In this document: positions 8,889 through 18,644 of the stretch, piece by piece
Numbering within the stretch: position 1 is the first letter of the stretch
Layout: each line of letters starts with the position of its first letter
Notes under the pieces: model-generated
What the model saw: only the letters and a program-made list of their open reading frames with translations
Told to the model about the DNA's origin: nothing
The model's database searches: none
Position numbers and translations under genes: made by a program
Virus record (IMG/VR): IMGVR_UViG_3300028364_000013
Direction: 5' to 3' (one strand)
Source: a virus
Taxonomy: Duplodnaviria; Caudoviricetes
Length of the DNA stretch: 64,000 nucleotides

Positions 8889-9246
8889 TCGTTACCTTTG
8901 TCGCTTACATCTCACCCACGCAAAAGCGATGAGTGAGTTTTACGCTCCGTTTTATAAAAAATGTGATGTTATCTCATAAGATAACGCTACTTTCATTGCA
9001 ACCTCTTTATCAAGACCTTCTAAAAAACCATACTCATCCCATCTATTAAAGATGTAGTGATTGGAAATTCTGTCTTTATCAAGGATTCCAAACCTTCCGC
9101 TGTTTAATAATTCACTCATGAGGAAATATACAAAAGATAATTCATAAAATCAAAAAAAGCCCTTAGAATAATCCAAGAGCTTTTTATATTATTCAGCGCA
9201 AAACCTAATCATCACCGTTGGTGTGACTGGGAGGATTGGGGGTTTT

Positions 9247-10275
9247 TTATTTAATCAAAAATTCTTGGAGAACCTCACTCCCAAACTCTCCTTTGGTTAA
9301 ATTAATTATTTCTGTAACTGAATATTTTTCTTTCTTATTTATTTTATTTCTCTCAACAAAATCTTTAACACCAAAACTGCAAGCTCCAGTTATAGCTCGA
9401 TAACAAGAAACTGCTTGCTCAAAACTTAACTTATCTGTTAGCTTTAAGTTTTTAAAATCATCTTTGTTTACATCAGAATTTAACTTATAAATCAAATCTT
9501 CTCTTGCTTCTGAAAGAGAGTCTCCATGAGCATATCTGCCATTCCCATCTGTAACCAAATAAAAAACCTTCTCTTTAAATAGCTCTTTAACTCTGAAAAC
9601 ACCGCCTCTCACAGAAATAATCTCTGTAAATATACCATCTGCCTTTATGTATTTATCGCCCCACATAACTGGTCCAATTAATTTCGTGTAATCACAAGTC
9701 AAACCTCCCAAGTCCAAACCTCCTCCAACGGTTGGGTTAAATCCCTCTGGAATCGAAGTCAAGTTGTTCAAGTACAAACCTTCTCCAACAGTTGGGTTAA
9801 ATCCCTCTGGAATCGAAGTCAAGTTGTTCAAGTACAAACCTTCTCCAACAGTTGGGTTAAATCCATCTGGAATCGAGGTCAAACTGTTCAAGTCCAAACC
9901 TCCTCCAACGGTTGGGTTAAATCCCTCTGGAATCGAAGTCAAGTTGTTCAAGTACAAACCTTCTCCAACAGTTGGGTTAAATCCATCTGGAATCGAAGTC
10001 AAACTGTTCAAGTCCAAATATCCTCCAACGGTTGGGTTAAATCCCTGTGGAATCGAGGTCAAACCGCTCAAGTCCAAACCTCCTCCAACGGTTGGGTTAA
10101 ATCCCTCTGGAATCGAAGTCAAGTTGTTCAAGTACAAACCTTCTCCAACAGTTGGGTTAAATCCATCTGGAATCGAAGTCAACCCTCTCAAGTGCAAGCT
10201 TCCATTTATTTTAACTTCACCAGTAAACTGCTCTTCAGTTAAATTGTATTCCTTGCAAAATTCTTTTTTATTCAT
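9247..10275 (-). CDS. Protein with tandem 20-aa LRR-like repeats (LxLxxLTSIPEGFNPTVGG)
   Basis: About 8 units of a 60-nt repeat; close paralog of 22234..23262. Confidence 0.85.
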   Translation of the reverse strand: MNKKEFCKEYNLTEEQFTGEVKINGSLHLRGLTSIPDGFNPTVGEGLYLNNLTSIPEGFNPTVGGGLDLSGLTSIPQGFNPTVGGYLDLNSLTSIPDGFNPTVGEGLYLNNLTSIPEGFNPTVGGGLDLNSLTSIPDGFNPTVGEGLYLNNLTSIPEGFNPTVGEGLYLNNLTSIPEGFNPTVGGGLDLGGLTCDYTKLIGPVMWGDKYIKADGIFTEIISVRGGVFRVKELFKEKVFYLVTDGNGRYAHGDSLSEAREDLIYKLNSDVNKDDFKNLKLTDKLSFEQAVSCYRAITGACSFGVKDFVERNKINKKEKYSVTEIINLTKGEFGSEVLQEFLIK

Positions 10276-10283
10276 AATGTTTT

Positions 10284-11831
10284 TTATTTTGTTTCTAATT
10301 TTATAAATGGTTTAATCTTTTCACACTGTTTTAGTGCGACTCTAATTTCTTCAAATTTTCCAGGAATTACTGGATAGTAGAGTTCATTTATTTTCGTAAT
10401 GGCATAGTGAATCTCTAGGACTAGCGGCCAACCTTTCTCAAGGTCTTTCCAAGGTTCTGCATCACCAATTCTCTTATTAAGTTCTTTTACAAGCTTGTTT
10501 GTCTCTTGAAGGGCGTCTGAAATTAGATAGTTGTTCCAAAGTGTTTTTATATTGTCAATTCTCTGGTCAAGTCCAACACACCATTTTTCTTCAGACACAT
10601 AAGAGTGGTCTAATTCAATATTTGGGTCATCCACGAACTTGTCGAGAGTCTTACTAGCCAATACGGTGACTCTGGTGACTAAATTACCATAATCATCAGC
10701 AAGGTCATTGTTGTATTTAGCTACAAGCAACTCTTCATCCCAAGATGAGTTTCCATAAGTTCTTAAACCCGCAAGCGCATAGTAACGAACTGCATCAACT
10801 CCATATTTTTTAACTTGGTCAATAGGGTCAACAACATTTCCAACAGACTTACTCATCTTACGTCCATCTTTATCCAAAATAGTTCCATGAACAAGTAATT
10901 TATCTGTTTTTTTGATTCCTGCAGACATTAATAGTCCCTGAAATATTACAGACTGGAATTTAAGGTTATCTGGGCCACAAATCTGAATTACTTCAGACTC
11001 ATTCCACCTTTCTTCAAAGTCATGGTCGTCATGAAGGTCATTAGGGTAGTATCCTGCAGCAAATATGTAGTTTAACAAAGCATCAAACCATACATATATG
11101 ATTTGGTCTTCATCTCCTGGAACTGGGATTCCCCAACTAACAGTTTCTTTAACTCTGGATATAGAAATGTCCTGAAGATTCTCTATAATCTTATCGAATT
11201 CTCCAATCTTATTCTTTGGTTCAAAAAATTTGTCATTTACATGCAGCCACTGAAGAAACCTTTCTCTATATTTAGAAAGTTTGAAGAAATAGTTTTCTTC
11301 TTCAACTTCTTGAAGCTCTGTTGTTGGGTGGTCTGGACAAACTTTTCTTTTGTGTATATGCACCTTAGGATATTCAAGAGCAGGGTCAACTCCTCCAATA
11401 ATTCTATCCTCAAGTTCTCTATCGCTTTTGAATGACTCGCATCCAACACAATAGGTTCCAGTGTATTTCTTTTTGTAGATGTCGCCTCTATTGAAGGCTT
11501 CAACCCAGAACTGCTGAACATTCACATAATGCTCTGAGTCAGATGTTCTGTAAAATGAATCCCAGCTATCAATCTTAAGTTCTTTAATGAAATCTTCCCA
11601 ACTGTAAAGAAGGTCATCAACATATGCTTGAGGAGAAATACCCTTAGCTTCAGCTGCTTGCTGAATCTTTAAGCCATGTTCATCAAGACCAATATTGAAA
11701 AATACATTATCACCACGATATTTGAAATATCTCACCAAAGCATCAGCTATGATAAATTCAAAAGCGTGTCCTATGTGCGGATTTGAGTTCGCATATGGCA
11801 ATGTGGTCGTTATGTATTTATTTTTATTCAT
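10284..11831 (-). CDS. metG: Methionyl-tRNA synthetase
   Basis: HIGH and KMSKS motifs, YVWFDAL, anticodon-binding helical C-terminus. Confidence 0.95.
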   Translation of the reverse strand: MNKNKYITTTLPYANSNPHIGHAFEFIIADALVRYFKYRGDNVFFNIGLDEHGLKIQQAAEAKGISPQAYVDDLLYSWEDFIKELKIDSWDSFYRTSDSEHYVNVQQFWVEAFNRGDIYKKKYTGTYCVGCESFKSDRELEDRIIGGVDPALEYPKVHIHKRKVCPDHPTTELQEVEEENYFFKLSKYRERFLQWLHVNDKFFEPKNKIGEFDKIIENLQDISISRVKETVSWGIPVPGDEDQIIYVWFDALLNYIFAAGYYPNDLHDDHDFEERWNESEVIQICGPDNLKFQSVIFQGLLMSAGIKKTDKLLVHGTILDKDGRKMSKSVGNVVDPIDQVKKYGVDAVRYYALAGLRTYGNSSWDEELLVAKYNNDLADDYGNLVTRVTVLASKTLDKFVDDPNIELDHSYVSEEKWCVGLDQRIDNIKTLWNNYLISDALQETNKLVKELNKRIGDAEPWKDLEKGWPLVLEIHYAITKINELYYPVIPGKFEEIRVALKQCEKIKPFIKLETK

Positions 11832-12037
11832 ATTAATACGTCAAAATTTTCAAGTAATTCTTTTAATGTTCTATGTTGTAATACTTTTGGATTTTTTGCT
11901 ATCATCTCTATTACCGACAACTGGTCAATCCTAACCTTATGGGTGTCATCTAAGTCTTTTTTTTCTACATGAAATAAAGCACATTGAACATCTACAACCC
12001 ATTCTTCAAACTCTTCTTTATTCATTATCTTGTACAA
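11828..12037 (-). CDS. Hypothetical protein
   Basis: ORF abutting metG. Confidence 0.55.
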   Translation of the reverse strand: MYKIMNKEEFEEWVVDVQCALFHVEKKDLDDTHKVRIDQLSVIEMIAKNPKVLQHRTLKELLENFDVLI

Positions 12038-12599
12038 AATTTAAAGGGTTTAATGGGTCTCTACTTTTCTTCCATTGATTATTCATGTCTGTCCAGAATT
12101 CAATTGCCTGGCTGTATGTCAAACCATACTTCTCAGCAATCTCTTCAACTTCCTTGAAGTTTTGAGAATTCTTTTTATCAATTGAGTGATGGCTGTAATC
12201 TGATTTCTTATTCTCAGTGTTGTTGAAGCTGTATTCACCAGAGTGAATGCTTACATTTACTCCATACTTATCAAGTTGCTCTGCAAACTTTTCGTAAATA
12301 ACCTCAGTATAGTTTTCAGCCCTAAATGTTGACTCTTGCCAATCATAAAAAGCATCAGATAATTTTTCATCAATTAGAAGCCTCCTCATCTCATCTTTTT
12401 CAGACCAACCATTTGGAAAGGTCATAGCATCCTTGGTGAAGTCATCCACCATCTTTCCAAACCTATACCAGAACATGAATTTAATCATCTCGTCTCTGGT
12501 AAGCCATTCATCATTAATCCAACCATCAGCAACAGAAGTCCAGAATTTATATCTTTTCCCATGCTTCTTAGTTTCTTGTATTTTTAAGCTCCAACCCAT
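12018..12599 (-). CDS. Hypothetical protein
   Basis: 193-aa ORF. Confidence 0.7.
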   Translation of the reverse strand: MGWSLKIQETKKHGKRYKFWTSVADGWINDEWLTRDEMIKFMFWYRFGKMVDDFTKDAMTFPNGWSEKDEMRRLLIDEKLSDAFYDWQESTFRAENYTEVIYEKFAEQLDKYGVNVSIHSGEYSFNNTENKKSDYSHHSIDKKNSQNFKEVEEIAEKYGLTYSQAIEFWTDMNNQWKKSRDPLNPLNFVQDNE

Positions 12600-12805
12600 T
12601 ATTCTTCTATTTTAAGACTACTGTAAGCAACATCCATTTCTGCGCCATTGTCAAATTTAACAGCCACAAAATGGTCAAATTTACCAAAAGTTCCAAATGC
12701 TTTATTTGGTATTGTTTTGCCCTCAGAGCCAACCACACATTTACTATTGTATTTGGTCAAACCTGATTTTAATGTTACCTTCTGAGGTTCTCCGCCTAAC
12801 TGCAT
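12599..12805 (-). CDS. Hypothetical protein
   Basis: Coupled to its neighbour. Confidence 0.6.
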   Translation of the reverse strand: MQLGGEPQKVTLKSGLTKYNSKCVVGSEGKTIPNKAFGTFGKFDHFVAVKFDNGAEMDVAYSSLKIEE

Positions 12806-12816
12806 AATATAAATTT

Positions 12817-13188
12817 TTAATAGTTTACAATTCGTGGAGAATCAACTTTAAGTCGAAGTTCAAGCCACTGAAGCAATCTTTTAGAATCATCTTCAGCACC
12901 TTTGTAGCCTTCTTCCCACTTGACAATAAAAGTTGGAATCGTGTCCACCTTTCCATCAAAATTGAGCTCCACACTTTCGTTATACGATAATTTCTCAACT
13001 TTGTTGTAATTTATTTGAATTTCTTTTTCGATTTCCAAAAGAGGAACACTTGTTTTGTTTAAATTAGACAATTGTGACTCAAGGAATTTAATCTTTTCAT
13101 CCTTGTCATGAATTTGAATATCCTTCTCCTTATAAAGGTCTTCAATAAAGTCTGCACTCAAGTGGTCTTCAGCAATTTCTCCAGTCAT
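12817..13188 (-). CDS. Hypothetical protein; may be the C-terminal part of a Bacteroidota DUF389-like protein
   Basis: DTIPTFIVKW..RLLQWLELRL motif recalled from host proteins; unverified. Confidence 0.55.
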   Translation of the reverse strand: MTGEIAEDHLSADFIEDLYKEKDIQIHDKDEKIKFLESQLSNLNKTSVPLLEIEKEIQINYNKVEKLSYNESVELNFDGKVDTIPTFIVKWEEGYKGAEDDSKRLLQWLELRLKVDSPRIVNY

Positions 13189-13238
13189 ATTCTTAGCCTG
13201 GCTTACTGTAAACTTTGCACCTTCAAGACCGTGCTCAT

Positions 13239-13613
13239 CTAACTGTTGCCTCCAAGCTTCTCAAACATTGTGACAGCTCCGTATATGCCACCAATTTCAT
13301 TACAGAAATCCATCATCCACTTTCCAGTTGGAGATGTTGTTCCTCTTAATCTAATTACAGCCCCTTGAAGCTGGCTTCTTTCTATGCCATCCTTGCCTTT
13401 GACTTTAATAGCACTTTTCTCTTCCCAAATCTTGTCACTATCTTCTTTTGATAGGATGTCAACTTCATCAATACTTTTAAGGTGCTCTAACTTCTCTTTA
13501 TCGAAATTCAGAAAAATATATGAATCATTAAACCCCCAATATTGAGTTGTTCCAAATTGTCCTTTTTTAAGAGCAGTTTTTCTATGTCCTGGTTTTTCTA
13601 TTATTTCTTCCAT
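13239..13613 (-). CDS. Hypothetical protein
   Basis: 124-aa ORF with upstream promoter motif. Confidence 0.7.
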   Translation of the reverse strand: MEEIIEKPGHRKTALKKGQFGTTQYWGFNDSYIFLNFDKEKLEHLKSIDEVDILSKEDSDKIWEEKSAIKVKGKDGIERSQLQGAVIRLRGTTSPTGKWMMDFCNEIGGIYGAVTMFEKLGGNS

Positions 13614-13663
13614 TAATAAAATTATTGGTTCACTTAGTTTATACGAAAAAAAAGAGGAATGTT

Positions 13664-14077
13664 CTAATTCCTCTTCTTATTTTTATTATTTCTATATGTA
13701 ATGTGGTCTACAAAACCTTTTTCAGTATGATAACCCCACTCTTTTTCTTTTCTCTTTCCGACAATTGCCAACGTGATTACTTTCTTTGACACAACCTGTC
13801 TGATGCAGTGGAATCTATCCGAATTTCGGTATCCCATGTTTAAAAACGTTCTAACCTTATGAGTTTTATCCTTCCCGTTCTTCATCAAGAGCTCCTCTAC
13901 ATAAGAGCCCCACAATATCATCGTCCAAATACTCCAAGGATGATTGTGAAGATGGTCATCCTGGTCTTCCTTGTAAATACCATGGATGTACACACAAAAC
14001 CATAGAGTCTTTAACAACTGCCATCTCCTGAAGTGCAATTCTCCAGATTTGCTTATTATTTCTTTTACTAAATTCAT
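13664..14077 (-). CDS. Cupin-like protein
   Basis: HLHNHPW ... GSYVEE ... RFHCI cupin-type pattern. Confidence 0.65.
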   Translation of the reverse strand: MNLVKEIISKSGELHFRRWQLLKTLWFCVYIHGIYKEDQDDHLHNHPWSIWTMILWGSYVEELLMKNGKDKTHKVRTFLNMGYRNSDRFHCIRQVVSKKVITLAIVGKRKEKEWGYHTEKGFVDHITYRNNKNKKRN

Positions 14078-14100
14078 AATTCAAATATTAAAAATAAATA

Positions 14101-14328
14101 AAGGCTCATAACCAGGTTCCTGTCGTGGGTTATCATTTGTCTATTGTCCTCTACCCGTACCTCACTGGAGCAGCTCACCCTCCTAAGTACTGTTTGAGTT
14201 TCATCTCGGCAGGAATTACACTTATGGTGGTACAATAACGCTTTTCAGCTCCCACACCGCCTAAACTGTGATGGCCTGAGTTTGTCCTCTCATCCCAACA
14301 AGTGGGGTAGAGCGATAACCTCGCCTTT
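14101..14328 (-). ncRNA. rnpB: Miniature RNase P RNA (~228 nt)
   Basis: P1 AAGGC/GCCTT; P2 GGTTATC/GATAACC; P4 AAC[T]CAGG/CCTGGTT with bulged U; 3' AATGATAACCCACGACAGGAACCTGGTTAT resembles the conserved CR-IV/CR-V. Confidence 0.8.
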
Positions 14329-15151
14329 ATTTATATTCTTTCAACACTGGATACATTGCAAAAGCTTCTGCATCTGTTGTTGGCATCTTGTGGTAACGAA
14401 TGTAAATCTTTTTCTTATAATTCTCTTCATAAGCTTCATGACCCTCTTCATCCTCTTTAACATATCTCAAATTAGGGTCGTAATCTGGAGCAGTAAACTC
14501 AAGACTATACTCACACCCTCTATACTTGTATTTTTTCCAACCAAGTTCTTCAAGCAAATTTAAGAAAAATTCTTGATTAAGAAAATTCTCTTTTGATTTC
14601 ATCGCTTCTTCATGCTTTTTTTTGCTCCAGTGTCCACCTTCTGTACTCCAAATGTGTCCACCATTATGTTTGATGTCGCTGTTGAAGTCTTCTTTAATTT
14701 CATATAAATACCAAGCAACTGGAACTGATTCATGCGAAAGTGTTTTGAATATAGCGAAGTTTCCAAGTTCGTCTACCCAATGTAATTTCTTCATGTGAGA
14801 AGTGGTGTATCCAGAATAAAATTCACAAAACATGTCAACAAGGTCTTGGTTGTAATCGTTTACATCCAAACCTCTCTTCATGTCATCAAGCATATCTTGC
14901 AGATATGATATTTCTCCTTTTTTAAATTTTATTTCATCTCTAACTTCCTCTTTATAGTCAACAACAATCTCTGTCTGCTTTCTCTCAGCAAGAGTAAGCT
15001 CCTGGCGAAGTCTTTTGACCTCATCAGTAGCATCCTGATATTCAGGCAAGAATTTATAACCATCAAGAATCTCTTTCAAGTCTTCTCTCTCCTTGGCTAT
15101 CATTCTTTTTATTTCTGCTTGAGTATGTGACATTTTAATATATTGGTTCAA
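14327..15151 (-). CDS. Hypothetical coiled-coil protein
   Basis: 274-aa ORF. Confidence 0.75.
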   Translation of the reverse strand: MNQYIKMSHTQAEIKRMIAKEREDLKEILDGYKFLPEYQDATDEVKRLRQELTLAERKQTEIVVDYKEEVRDEIKFKKGEISYLQDMLDDMKRGLDVNDYNQDLVDMFCEFYSGYTTSHMKKLHWVDELGNFAIFKTLSHESVPVAWYLYEIKEDFNSDIKHNGGHIWSTEGGHWSKKKHEEAMKSKENFLNQEFFLNLLEELGWKKYKYRGCEYSLEFTAPDYDPNLRYVKEDEEGHEAYEENYKKKIYIRYHKMPTTDAEAFAMYPVLKEYK

Positions 15152-15287
15152 TTTAGTTATACGTCAAAATAAGAAAAATGTTCCAAAAAAAATAATTATC
15201 CAATTATAATGTTATTAAATTGAAAAGTTTTGTATATTTGCGCCTGGTTTCAAAATCTTAGTATATTTACTTTAGAAGATAAACAAG

Positions 15288-15491
15288 ATGAACACAGAGA
15301 TAATAGAGATGAAAGAAAAGAAAGAGACGTTCAACGTTCCATTGTTACCAGTTACAACTAAAGTTCCTGCTAAATTATTGGGTCCTGATATTTTGACCCT
15401 GGAGCAGCAGGCAAAAAACTACAGAACTTCAAGAATAGAAAGGGTTATCAAAAGCTTCATCGCAGTAAAATACATTGGAGAGTTAAAATAG
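15288..15491 (+). CDS. Hypothetical protein
   Basis: Preceded by TATATTTG host-type promoter at ~15233. Confidence 0.55.
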   Translation: MNTEIIEMKEKKETFNVPLLPVTTKVPAKLLGPDILTLEQQAKNYRTSRIERVIKSFIAVKYIGELK

Positions 15492-15498
15492 TGACCAT

Positions 15499-15531
15499 AA
15501 AAAAGGGCGAACTCCAAAGAATCCGCCCTTA
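15499..15531 (-). terminator. Intrinsic terminator
   Basis: AAGGGCGGATTC-TTTG-GAGTTCGCCCTT plus T-run. Confidence 0.75.
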
Positions 15532-15548
15532 AAAAATAAACAACCCAA

Positions 15549-15635
15549 TCACATCGGCATGCCCTTATTCAAATGGGAAACTCCGATAAACTCAGGAAAC
15601 ACTCCTGGCAGTGATGGTTCGCAACTAATCAACAT
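15549..15635 (-). CDS. Small ORF MLISCEPSLPGVFPEFIGVSHLNKGMPM between two terminators
   Basis: 28-aa ORF read by hand; layout resembles the tRNA leaders. Confidence 0.4.
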   Translation of the reverse strand: MLISCEPSLPGVFPEFIGVSHLNKGMPM

Positions 15636-15769
15636 AATCAAACTTTTATTATTAAACTTAATAGTAGTAAGTCAAATCATGTGCCATAGCAATTTATATG
15701 ACATAATGACAAAAAAGACCTAAAATTTAAAAATTTAGGTCTGCCATATTATTCATTATATTTCAATTT

Positions 15770-16441
15770 CTATAAATATTGGTCATACCAATAATTTTCT
15801 GCAACATCAATCGCTTTTTGTATGTCAAAGCCATTTCTAATAAACTTACTTGCTCTTGTCAATAGTTCTTTATATTGTTCGTCTTTATTTAGATAATAAG
15901 CAGTATTAAATATTTCAATGGTTTTAATTTCTTCTTGACTTGCTTCCTGAAACCATTCTTGTTTTTCTTCTTCTGAACCAAAATCATCTTCACTAAATAA
16001 GATGTCAAACTTAAAATATGGACTATCTGGTGAAAGCGTCTTTTTCTTGATGTCAGCTCTATCATAAAACTGTTTCCAAACACCCCACGCTTCGCCTCTA
16101 ACATCTCCATCTCTTGACGGCATAAGTCCTTTACCATTTCTTCCAGCATGCATCATTGCAAGTTCATATATAAATGGCCCAAACCCTTTTTCTGCAGCAA
16201 CACCAGTTACAAAATAATCTGGACCAAACTCATTTCTATAAACCACTGTTATTGTTCCATAAATCTTTTTATTAGTTGGGTCATAAATAACAAGGTCATA
16301 ACCTTGGTTTATATCTCTTACAAATAGCGCTGCTGTTTCTGGAAGGTCTTTTGTTCTTAGTGCGCTCTCTTTAAAAAAAACTTCATCAACAACTTCTCTT
16401 ATTATTTTTATAATATACATATTGTCATTTAATTTTCTCAA
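15770..16441 (-). CDS. Hypothetical protein (GNAT-like central region, IIRE N-terminal motif)
   Basis: GVAAEKGFGPFIYELAM resembles acetyltransferase motif A. Confidence 0.7.
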   Translation of the reverse strand: MRKLNDNMYIIKIIREVVDEVFFKESALRTKDLPETAALFVRDINQGYDLVIYDPTNKKIYGTITVVYRNEFGPDYFVTGVAAEKGFGPFIYELAMMHAGRNGKGLMPSRDGDVRGEAWGVWKQFYDRADIKKKTLSPDSPYFKFDILFSEDDFGSEEEKQEWFQEASQEEIKTIEIFNTAYYLNKDEQYKELLTRASKFIRNGFDIQKAIDVAENYWYDQYL

Positions 16442-17010
16442 TAAATTCTATAGCTCCTGGATTAAATACTATAATATGCTTATCTCCAGACACTCCAGAT
16501 GGAGCATCTACAATTATTCCATCATAACCAAGCTTAACCATATTTCTAACATAATCAACAGAATTATATCTGTAAAAATCTGCCTCTATTTGTTGAAAGG
16601 CTTCAGCTTCATCGTTATTATATTTAATTGCCATGTTAGCTGCTTCGTAAGCGCCAGTTTCTGGGTCTTCAGAATAATCTTGAGCATCCATCTCCCATTC
16701 ATCCTTCATTTTAATAAGCCTAACAAGCTCTTCTGGGTCAACACTGTCAATTGGAGCGTTTCTATCAAGAAACTTTCCCTTTATAAGAACTTTGTAAATG
16801 TGGTCACCATAATAAGAAGCATCTTCAGCGTTAGTTGCAAAATATATCCCAGCACCTTGTGCGTCATTAGCTTTTTCTCCTCCAACAAAGTCATCTGTAA
16901 ATCTTTCAATCTCATTTGGACTACCATGATATGCTTCAAACGAATCTTCTATTATTTCATTAATAAATGATTCTTTTAAAACTTCTCTTATTATGTTTCT
17001 TACCTCTTTC
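16425..17010 (-). CDS. Hypothetical protein, possible ADP-ribosyltransferase-like fold
   Basis: AYHGS..GAGIYFAT..GYDGII pattern; start probably MKEVRNIIREVL. Confidence 0.6.
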
Positions 17011-17011
17011 A

Positions 17012-17842
17012 TTAAACTTTTTGATAACGTCCTTTGAATTTTGGAATGTCTTCTTTTGCTAAGTTCAAGCACACATATTCTTCACCAGCTTTAATGGCTC
17101 CCATAATTCTATGGTGACCATCTCTCAATTGAACTACGAACTTATTGAAGTCTCCTTCTTCATTTACTTTGGCTGATTTTAATGCTATTTCTAAATTTAT
17201 AAACTCGCCAAATGCTTCAACTTCATCTTCATCTGGACCAATGGCCATAAATCCTTCTTTAAGTTGTTCTGGAGTATATCTTTCACCAATAACATCAAAT
17301 TTATGATTTTCAAAAAACTCTAAAGCTTCTGGTCCAACGCTATATGCAAAATCCATGTCTTCAATATTTTTCCCCGCATATTGGTCAAGCTCTTCGCTTC
17401 CAGTTGATGCTGCCTCTATCTTTCCATCATAATCACTATCAAACCTATCTTCGGCTACAGCGTTCTGCTCTTCCTTGATGTCTATAATATCTATGATTCC
17501 ACCAATTCCATAAGAACACTCAAGTTCTATTTTCTCTGGATAATCTGAAATAAGTTTTACAATGTATCTCATTTTGGCTGGGTCATATATATTTCCAAAC
17601 ATACCCTCAATCTGGTCTTTATGGATTACAATCATTTGGTCTGGGTCTCCATACCAAACAACGTTACGGCCTTCATATTTGTGGCTCCACCCTTTTATTT
17701 CATTTGAAATTGTTGGAGTAAAATATTGTTCACCCTCATCTTCCATATAGTGCTCATCATCACCATATTCTTCCTCATCTTCGTAATACTCTTTAAGAAT
17801 TACTTCACGAATAATCTTCCTTATTTCTAATATAATATCCAT
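17012..17842 (-). CDS. Hypothetical protein with ParB/Srx-like C-terminal motif
   Basis: LRDGHHR motif. Confidence 0.65.
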   Translation of the reverse strand: MDIILEIRKIIREVILKEYYEDEEEYGDDEHYMEDEGEQYFTPTISNEIKGWSHKYEGRNVVWYGDPDQMIVIHKDQIEGMFGNIYDPAKMRYIVKLISDYPEKIELECSYGIGGIIDIIDIKEEQNAVAEDRFDSDYDGKIEAASTGSEELDQYAGKNIEDMDFAYSVGPEALEFFENHKFDVIGERYTPEQLKEGFMAIGPDEDEVEAFGEFINLEIALKSAKVNEEGDFNKFVVQLRDGHHRIMGAIKAGEEYVCLNLAKEDIPKFKGRYQKV

Positions 17843-17853
17843 TCCAAAGTCAT

Positions 17854-18642
17854 TTAGTTAATCATATTTTTACCTAACAAACCTTCACGATACATTCTTT
17901 TTAGCAAATCCCTCTTCCATTTAGTCTTAATATCACCAACTAATTGACTGTTTACAATATTCAATGTAGTAGATAATTTTAACAAATCTTCAAACGTCAA
18001 TGAATCCCATATATCAGAATATTCTTTTTTAAGTTGGACTATATTATGTATCTGTCCTTGTATCTCCATTTTGTCTGCATTAATTGGCAAACCTCTTTTA
18101 GTCATTCCGCCACCAGTCTCAAGAGCTTTATTTGCTCTTAATTTTATATGACCATTATGAAGTGTATCATCAATCCAGTGTGCAAGCTCATGATGAATAC
18201 TTCCTTTTATTTTAGACTCTGAAAACTCATTGCTTAAATTTATAGACTGCTCCTTATTTCCACTAAGTTTTAATTCTAAAATTGCCTTATTTAAGTTTCC
18301 ATTAAAATTTTCTAAAACAAAATCAACTGCATTATCTGACACACCCAACGCAATCACAGATGCTTTTGGATTGTAATGATTAGCTCCTATATTTATAAAT
18401 ATTTTACACCTATTTAGCTTATCCGCTTTCTTTGCAAGGGAAGAATTTAAGAAACTTGTATTATATTCTTTTTTTTCAAAATCAACATCATATAAAGAAT
18501 TTGTGCTTTTTACCTTTTCAATATCATCTCTGAAGTAATAATCATATATCATATCAACATCGCTGTCAACATCCATCAACCTCTCATTGATTAGTTCGAC
18601 ATCTTCACTCAACACTTCTCTTATAATTCTTCTAATATCCAT
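17854..18642 (-). CDS. Hypothetical protein with HEXXH-like motif
   Basis: IHHELAHWID. Confidence 0.7.
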   Translation of the reverse strand: MDIRRIIREVLSEDVELINERLMDVDSDVDMIYDYYFRDDIEKVKSTNSLYDVDFEKKEYNTSFLNSSLAKKADKLNRCKIFINIGANHYNPKASVIALGVSDNAVDFVLENFNGNLNKAILELKLSGNKEQSINLSNEFSESKIKGSIHHELAHWIDDTLHNGHIKLRANKALETGGGMTKRGLPINADKMEIQGQIHNIVQLKKEYSDIWDSLTFEDLLKLSTTLNIVNSQLVGDIKTKWKRDLLKRMYREGLLGKNMIN

Positions 18643-18644
18643 TT

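Larger units (their letters stand above)
7164..8953 (-). mobile_element. IS200/IS605-family element with divergent tnpA and tnpB
   Basis: Subterminal hairpins near 7171-7197 and 8912-8938; right end ...AGTTCAC; inserted 3' of TTTAT. Confidence 0.9.
6847..9119 (-). pseudogene. 160-aa gene split by IS605 (9119-8954 joined to 7163-6847)
   Basis: Removing 7164-8953 restores the frame ...EITSHFL-L-MDYKHFDMVHE... Confidence 0.85.

Noticed and set aside
9720-10200. Regular 60-bp repeats (also 22700-23190) as a CRISPR array
   Set aside because: No unique spacers; the repeats are in-frame 20-aa coding units of a minus-strand gene
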